This document shows, in pieces, positions 58,563-64,000 of a stretch of DNA of 64,000 bases. Each line of letters starts with the position of its first letter. Positions within the stretch are counted from its first letter, which is position 1. Source of the DNA: Trueperaceae bacterium (GTDB lineage: Bacteria; Deinococcota; Deinococci; Deinococcales; Trueperaceae); the NCBI GenBank assembly GCA_965213925.1, contig OZ243927.1:1536001-1600000 (forward strand), given 5' to 3'. The position numbers and the translations under genes were made by a program. The notes beneath the pieces were generated by a model that saw nothing but the letters and a program-made list of their open reading frames with translations, did no database searches and was not told the DNA's origin.

Positions 58563-59006
58563 GTGCAGGCTCGAGGCTATCAATTTTCCCCACTCGAAGA
58601 ACTGCGCGGCGCGTGGCAACTGGAACAGAAGCTATACCAACTCGTCAGAGAAGGTGTACTCAATTCACCCCAAAGCGACGGGAACTTTGAGTCCTTTGAT
58701 AGATTTTGCGACAATCTACTTCACCCGTGCTACTTAGATGTCGGTAACAGCTTCGTCATCGCGACTTACGCCGGAGCGTGGGTCGGGCTTGCGGGCTTTA
58801 CGCTTAGTCAAGAAACGCGGATGGCGAAAAGCGGCTTAACCGTCGTTCAAAAAGCGCATCAAGGTCGGGGGGTCGCCAAAGCGCTTAAAGCCGTCATTCT
58901 CGCTCAGGCTCTGGAGCTAGGGGCGAAAGCGGTTACGACGGAAAACCATGTAGCGAACACACCCATGCTTGCGATCAACCGCTCGTTAGGTTTTGGGTCA
59001 GTCTGA
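58563..59006 (+). CDS. GNAT acetyltransferase, possibly 5'-truncated
   Basis: [24 protein letters not shown]. The frame is open upstream with no clear start. Confidence 0.65.
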   Translation: MQARGYQFSPLEELRGAWQLEQKLYQLVREGVLNSPQSDGNFESFDRFCDNLLHPCYLDVGNSFVIATYAGAWVGLAGFTLSQETRMAKSGLTVVQKAHQGRGVAKALKAVILAQALELGAKAVTTENHVANTPMLAINRSLGFGSV

Positions 59007-59074
59007 ACGCGAGGGTCCTCACGACGCGCGTAGCGACACCCAAGCACCGCCACTCACTTGTTACACTCTTTTCT

Positions 59075-60373
59075 ATGAACGTCTCCATTAGTCAATTCAA
59101 ACACCACATCGGCGAGAGCGTCACCCTCTCGGGCTGGCTCACGAACTCGCGTAGCAGCGGCAAAATCGCCTTTTTACAACTCCGGGACGGCTCGGGCTTC
59201 GTGCAGGGCGTCGTCGTCAAAGCGGAGGTCTCGGAAGAGGTCTTCGCGCGGGCCAAGGGTCTCGTGCAGGAGCAGAGCGTCGAAGTGACGGGCGAGGTTC
59301 GCGAGGATGCCCGCTCGCCTCTAGGCGTCGAACTTGGCGTCACCGACCTCAAAATCACCACTCAACAGGGCGACGAGTACCCGATCACGCCCAAAGAGCA
59401 CGGCGTCGAATTTCTGATGGACCGCCGCCACCTCTACTTGCGGCATAAACGTCCTTGGGCAATTTTGCGTGTGAGGGACGAACTCGAGCGTGCCGTCCAC
59501 GACTTTTACTCAGAGCGTGATTTCGTCCGCTTCGACACGCCCTTTTTCATGCCCACTGCCGTCGAAGGCACCACCAACCTCTTTGAAATCGACCTCTTCG
59601 GCGAGGACAAAGCCTACCTCTCGCAGTCGGGGCAGCTCTATGCGGAGGCGGGCGCGCTGGCGCTGGGCAAGGTCTACACGTTTGGACCGACCTTTCGCGC
59701 CGAAAAGTCTAAAACGAGAAAGCACCTCTTGGAGTTTTGGATGATCGAGCCCGAAGTGGCGTACTTGGAGCACGAGGGCAACATGGCGCTGCAAGAGGAT
59801 TTCGTCTCCTACCTCGTCGGTCGCGTGCTGGAAAATCGCAAGGCGGAACTCGACATGTTGGAGCGCGAAACGACGGTTTTAGAGGCGACAGCGAACGGCG
59901 AATTCCCACGAATCACGTACGACGAAGCCTTGCAGATATTGGCGGATAAAGGAGAGACGCTCTCCTGGGGTGAAGACTTCGGCGCGCCGCACGAGACCAT
60001 CTTAGGCGACGCCTTTGACCGCCCCGTCTTCGTGCATTCGTGGCCCACTCAGACTAAAGCCTTCTACATGGAACCTCTGGAGGGCGACCCCACCCGCGTC
60101 AAATGCGACGACCTCATCGCGCCCGAGGGCTACGGCGAACTCATCGGCGGCTCCGAGCGCATCCACGACTACGACCTCTTGAAGCAGAGGATCGAGGAGC
60201 ATGGTCTTCCTTTGGAGGCGTTTGAATGGTATCTGGACCTGCGCAAGTACGGCAGCGTGCCGCATTCGGGTTTTGGGATGGGGTTGGAGCGCACCTTGGC
60301 GTGGATTACGGGTGTAAGCCACCTGCGAGAGGTGATTCCTTTTCCGAGGATGTTGACGCGGATGTATCCATGA
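59075..60373 (+). CDS. asnS: Asparagine--tRNA ligase
   Basis: [47 protein letters not shown]. Confidence 0.96.
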   Translation: MNVSISQFKHHIGESVTLSGWLTNSRSSGKIAFLQLRDGSGFVQGVVVKAEVSEEVFARAKGLVQEQSVEVTGEVREDARSPLGVELGVTDLKITTQQGDEYPITPKEHGVEFLMDRRHLYLRHKRPWAILRVRDELERAVHDFYSERDFVRFDTPFFMPTAVEGTTNLFEIDLFGEDKAYLSQSGQLYAEAGALALGKVYTFGPTFRAEKSKTRKHLLEFWMIEPEVAYLEHEGNMALQEDFVSYLVGRVLENRKAELDMLERETTVLEATANGEFPRITYDEALQILADKGETLSWGEDFGAPHETILGDAFDRPVFVHSWPTQTKAFYMEPLEGDPTRVKCDDLIAPEGYGELIGGSERIHDYDLLKQRIEEHGLPLEAFEWYLDLRKYGSVPHSGFGMGLERTLAWITGVSHLREVIPFPRMLTRMYP

Positions 60374-60551
60374 CAGTAGGTATCATCTACATGACAACGC
60401 GCTCACCGTAACAAGCACCGTCCAGGCTCGCACATTATGAAGATGATGCCTGCGTGATACAACCTCACTAAAGAAAAGACTATCAGTAGGTATCATTTAC
60501 ATGACAACGCGCTCACCCTAGAAAACGTTTCTTAACGCGCACATTACGAAG
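60374..60551. repeat. Two-copy direct repeat with a 110-bp period
   Basis: CAGTAGGTATCATYTACATGACAACGCGCTCACC at 60374 and 60484, each followed about 21 nt later by CGCACATTAYGAAG. Confidence 0.85.
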
Positions 60552-60612
60552 CTACCCTTCGCATAGCGAAAACTTCGTAAGCGTGAAACAGCCTCACCGA
60601 CAGCATCTCCCC

Positions 60613-61128
60613 TTACTCGAGCCTACTCTCCACCGCTAGATGCTCCAAGAAGACCGGGCGGCTCTGCCCGTTGGTGAGAACGACGACCTCGAAAAGCCCC
60701 TGCTGCGCCAGCGTCCTTTCGACCGAGGTCAAGAGCTGCCGCTCTTGCTGCACCGAGAGGTCGGTTGGACCCTCCAGCGGAAAGTCCAAAACCGCCCTCT
60801 CGCCCAGCCGAAACACCGTGGGCACGCCCAACGCCTCGGGCCAGATCGCTTCTAACCAGGTGCGGAGCGCGGCGAGCGTCGCCTCTAGTACGGCGCTCGG
60901 CGTCTCTGGCGTCTGCACGTTCACGGTGCGCGTCTCTTGCGTCGCCGCATTGACGAGCGTAACTGCGCGCTCGACCTGTGTAGTGGGCTCGGTCTGTACC
61001 GCCCCCCGAGGCGGAGGCGCTTGACCCGGAACGCGGAAGAAGGCGTAGAGCCCGAGGAAAAAGATCAGTGCACCCAAGAGGGTCGGCAAGGTAGCGCGGG
61101 GCGTAAAAACCCTCGAGATAAGGCGCAC
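60613..61128 (-). CDS. GerMN-domain-like membrane-anchored protein
   Basis: N-terminal TM; AVLDF...ERQLLTSVERTL...LTNG; typical position beside an amidase-like gene. Confidence 0.7.
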   Translation of the reverse strand: MRLISRVFTPRATLPTLLGALIFFLGLYAFFRVPGQAPPPRGAVQTEPTTQVERAVTLVNAATQETRTVNVQTPETPSAVLEATLAALRTWLEAIWPEALGVPTVFRLGERAVLDFPLEGPTDLSVQQERQLLTSVERTLAQQGLFEVVVLTNGQSRPVFLEHLAVESRLE

Positions 61129-61132
61129 CGTA

Positions 61133-62362
61133 TTAGGGGTCTAGCAGCCCGACGAGCGCGTCCGCGAGCGGGCTCACGAGCGCGTCCGAGGCGAGGTCGT
61201 CGGGGTTTAGCTCGAGCAGCACCCCCCGCCCCGCCGCGCCCGCAAGCAGATAGAGCGGCGCGCCCTCGACGCTGAGCGCCTGCCAACCTTCCGCTTCTAA
61301 GCGCGCGCTGAGACGCTGAGCGTAGCGTTCACCCTGAGTTAAATCGGGGACGAGGCGGCTCAAGGTGCGCTGCGGCGGCGTGAGGCTCGTCGGGTCGTCC
61401 GCGCTGAAGTCGGCTTCAGCCGCGTTCTGGCGGATGGCGGCATCTAAGCTAGCGACGTCGCCCTCGAGATAGTAAACCCCGAACTGACCTGAGCTGAGGG
61501 GCGCGGGCTCGAGCGAGACGAAGAGCGGTGCGCCGATGCCCGCCGCCATGCGCGCTGCTAGGTCCCCTTGCGCGAGCTGCACCCGCACGCCGCGCGCTTC
61601 TAGGGCGCGGCGCAGCGGCTCTGCGGCGTCGCCTGCGTCCAGCACGATAACAGGGGGCGGGCTCGTCTCCTGCGCCGCCTCGACCTCTTCCTCCGAAAAG
61701 ATGTCCACGACGACCTCGGTGCCTGCCCCTTTGGGCACCGCGTACATCTCATACGTGCTGTCTCGCCCTAACGTCAGCATAAAGTCGGTGTAGTCCGAGC
61801 CCGGCAGGAGCACCGCGTCGGAAAAACGCTGACCGCTAAAGTTCTGCTTCTGCGCTAGGTCGGTCCGCGCGAAGCGGAAGCGCACGGTGTCGAGTGAGGG
61901 CTCGTAGCGTTCGTCAATGGCGACGGGCGCGCTGAAGCGCAGCACGAAGCGCTCATAGCTGCCCCACAGGTCGGGCGGCTGCACGCTGCGCAGCCGCGCC
62001 CTCGGAAAGACCACCACCACGGTCTTCGCATCGGTGAGGTAGTCCACCTCGCCGCCGAGCCGCCGCGCGACCTCTTTAACGGGTACGTAGGGCGTCCCCT
62101 CGTGAAGCTGTGCGTCGCCCGCCTCGCCGCGCACCTGTAAGGTGACGAAGCGTCCCGCCAGCTCGAAACCGAGCGCGTCGCCGCTGTAGCGGTACGTCGC
62201 TCCCATCGCCCGCGCGAAGGGCTCAGCGGCGGCGTAGGCCGTGCCGGGCTCGAGCGTATTCGTAAACGCAGCGATGTCAACGCCGTTGACGATGAGCCTT
62301 TGCGCCGAGCCCAACATGAAGAGGTTGAGCGCGAGTAAGACGAGAAGAGGACGCCTCATCAC
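61133..62362 (-). CDS. Exported protein resembling a degenerate N-acetylmuramoyl-L-alanine amidase (AMIN-like N-part)
   Basis: Signal peptide; YVPVKEVARRLG; VIVLDAG lacking the catalytic His; GVLLEL. Confidence 0.6.
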   Translation of the reverse strand: MMRRPLLVLLALNLFMLGSAQRLIVNGVDIAAFTNTLEPGTAYAAAEPFARAMGATYRYSGDALGFELAGRFVTLQVRGEAGDAQLHEGTPYVPVKEVARRLGGEVDYLTDAKTVVVVFPRARLRSVQPPDLWGSYERFVLRFSAPVAIDERYEPSLDTVRFRFARTDLAQKQNFSGQRFSDAVLLPGSDYTDFMLTLGRDSTYEMYAVPKGAGTEVVVDIFSEEEVEAAQETSPPPVIVLDAGDAAEPLRRALEARGVRVQLAQGDLAARMAAGIGAPLFVSLEPAPLSSGQFGVYYLEGDVASLDAAIRQNAAEADFSADDPTSLTPPQRTLSRLVPDLTQGERYAQRLSARLEAEGWQALSVEGAPLYLLAGAAGRGVLLELNPDDLASDALVSPLADALVGLLDP

Positions 62363-62365
62363 CTG

Positions 62366-62800
62366 TCACCGCTCCTTGAGCGCCCGCTCGATCTGCCGCT
62401 TCGCGTCCTTCTTCGCTTGGTCTTGGCGCTTGTCGTAGCGCTTTTTACCTCTTGCGAGCGCGACGCCCAGCTTCGCCCAACCATCCTTGAAGTAGAGCCT
62501 GGTCGGGACGAGCGTCAAACCTTGCCGCTCTAAACCCTTTCGAATCTCGGCGATTTCGCGGTTTTTAAGGAGGAGTTTGCGGCTGCGCAGGGGGTCGTGG
62601 TTGTTGTAGCTCGCCTGTTTGTACGGGGGGATGTACATCCCCTCGAGCCACACCTCCCCGTTTTTGTAGCGGGCAAACGCTTCACCTAGCGTCGCGCCGC
62701 CCGCTCGCAGCGACTTGACCTCGCTGCCTGTCAGCGCCAAGCCCGCCTCGTAGGAGTCTAAAAGTTCGTAATCGAATGATGCGCGCCTATTCTTAATCAC
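62366..62800 (-). CDS. smpB: SsrA-binding protein
   Basis: NRRASFDY, EAGLALTGSEVKSLR, RKLLL, GKKRYDKR. Confidence 0.96.
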   Translation of the reverse strand: MIKNRRASFDYELLDSYEAGLALTGSEVKSLRAGGATLGEAFARYKNGEVWLEGMYIPPYKQASYNNHDPLRSRKLLLKNREIAEIRKGLERQGLTLVPTRLYFKDGWAKLGVALARGKKRYDKRQDQAKKDAKRQIERALKER

Positions 62801-62972
62801 GCTTCCATCATAAGAAATGTGGATGAAGAAGTGGTGCGCAAAAGGACATGGGAGGCGTTTCAGCGCTCAACCAACCCTTTCGTTTTACACAATACACACG
62901 CCGTGTGTCCTTTTGCGCTAGCTTAAAACCGTACCGATTCAGTCACCCTACGTTCTCGTCAAAGGAGACATC

Positions 62973-63536
62973 ATGGACCTTACCCCGCTTTACCCGAGGC
63001 AGCAAACCCCTAGCTTGAGCTTACCTACCGTCGGCGGCGACACCTGGACGCTGAGCGAGCAAGCGGGTGAAAACTTCACGATGGTGGTTTTTTACCGGGG
63101 TCTACACTGCCCTATTTGCGGAACCTATCTGCGCGACTTAAACAGCAAAGCGGACGAGTTCGCTCAGCGCGGTGTGAACATCGTGGTTGCGAGCAGCGAC
63201 GTTCAAGAGCGCGCCGAGAAGAGTAAGGAGCGGTGGAAGCTGGATAACCTTACGGTGGCGTATGACTTAGACCTCGACAAGGCGCGCGAGTGGGGGCTCT
63301 ACATCTCGACGAGTCGCGGCAAAACCTCTACGGGCGTCGTCGAGCCCGACCTCTTCAGCGAGCCCGCGCTCTACCTCATCCGCCCTGACGGGACGCTCTA
63401 TTTCGGCGCAGTCCAGACAATGCCTTTCGCCAGACCGGATTTCGCACAAGTGTTGCAAGCGCTCGACTTCGTGATGGAGAAAGACTATCCGGCGCGAGGT
63501 GAGGTTGTGGACCATCAAGCGGTAGCAGCAGACTGA
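62973..63536 (+). CDS. Peroxiredoxin-like (AhpC/TSA) protein
   Basis: FYRGLHCPIC, FSEPAL, MPFARP, YPARG. Confidence 0.88.
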   Translation: MDLTPLYPRQQTPSLSLPTVGGDTWTLSEQAGENFTMVVFYRGLHCPICGTYLRDLNSKADEFAQRGVNIVVASSDVQERAEKSKERWKLDNLTVAYDLDLDKAREWGLYISTSRGKTSTGVVEPDLFSEPALYLIRPDGTLYFGAVQTMPFARPDFAQVLQALDFVMEKDYPARGEVVDHQAVAAD

Positions 63537-63667
63537 GCGGAATACGCTGAAGCGTGAAGAGGCTTGGACTTGTTCCGAACCTCTTCACTCTTATTGACCG
63601 CACACTCAACATGCCAAGCACTCGTACATATCTAGCCAAGACCCGACGCACTTGTTAAGCTACAAAA

Positions 63668-64000
63668 GTGTTCGACGCCGCCAACCCGCTCATCGTGCAA
63701 GCGGACCGTTCTATCTACCTAGAGACCTTCAATGCGCGTGCGGAGGAGGCGAGGGCGGCGATTTCGCCCTTCGCCGAGTTGGAGAAGAGCCCCGAGCACC
63801 TGCACACCTACAGGCTCACCCCGCTCTCCTTATGGAACGCCGCGAGTAGCGGGCAAAAGAGCGAGACGATGGTGGCGGCGCTCACACGCTTTAGCAAGTT
63901 TCCCGTCCCTGAAAACGTGATGACTGACGTTCGAGAACTCGTCGAGCGCTGGGGGCGACTGCGGCTCATGGAGCTAGGGGCGGGGCTCGGGTTGGAGGTC
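63668..64000 (+). CDS. XPB/Rad25-like DNA repair helicase, N-terminus (runs off the right edge)
   Basis: Manual translation MFDAANPLIVQADRSIYLE...FAELEKSPEHLHTYRLTPLSLWNA. Confidence 0.85.
   Translation, partial: MFDAANPLIVQADRSIYLETFNARAEEARAAISPFAELEKSPEHLHTYRLTPLSLWNAASSGQKSETMVAALTRFSKFPVPENVMTDVRELVERWGRLRLMELGAGLGLEV

Noticed and set aside
54378..60373. Co-occurrence of gatB and asnS as unusual
   Set aside because: Established for Deinococcus/Thermus, which use both routes to Asn-tRNA.
60374..60551. Possible CRISPR array
   Set aside because: Only two units, a 110-bp period, a second conserved block inside the would-be spacer, and no cas genes.
62800..62970. tmRNA near smpB
   Set aside because: No tRNA-like ends or tag ORF, and the gap is too short.

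Overview
GC-rich bacterial chromosomal window, most likely Deinococcota (Truepera/Deinococcus-like). This is an inference from gene content and from many apparently leaderless genes with a -10 box 5-7 nt before the start. From left to right it holds exopolysaccharide genes (GT4, WbaP-like priming transferase, Wzz-like protein, ugd), a TolC-TolC-MFP operon, a Hen1-Pnkp RNA-repair operon and a sirtuin. Adjacent IS1 and degraded IS630 elements follow, then a three-gene membrane operon with PmoC-like metal motifs, dcd, and an MFS exporter preceded by an unannotated 32-aa secreted peptide. Next come three surface lipoproteins plus a 60-aa gene, all four sharing an 11-bp-period direct-repeat promoter. 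The rest is mostly housekeeping and signalling: xpt, fadI/fadJ, acyl-ACP desaturase, alr, betaine ABC parts, HD-GYP, GGDEF-EAL, metK, gatB, AlaX, asnS, smpB and an XPB helicase. Non-coding signals include an over-represented CTCGAG palindrome (one gene appears deleted between two copies), REP-carrying MITEs, a hairpin-loop microinversion in IS1 and several small repeats. Several single-base frameshifts may be sequencing errors. No rRNA, tRNA or CRISPR array was recognised. All family calls come from motif recognition by eye, not database searches.
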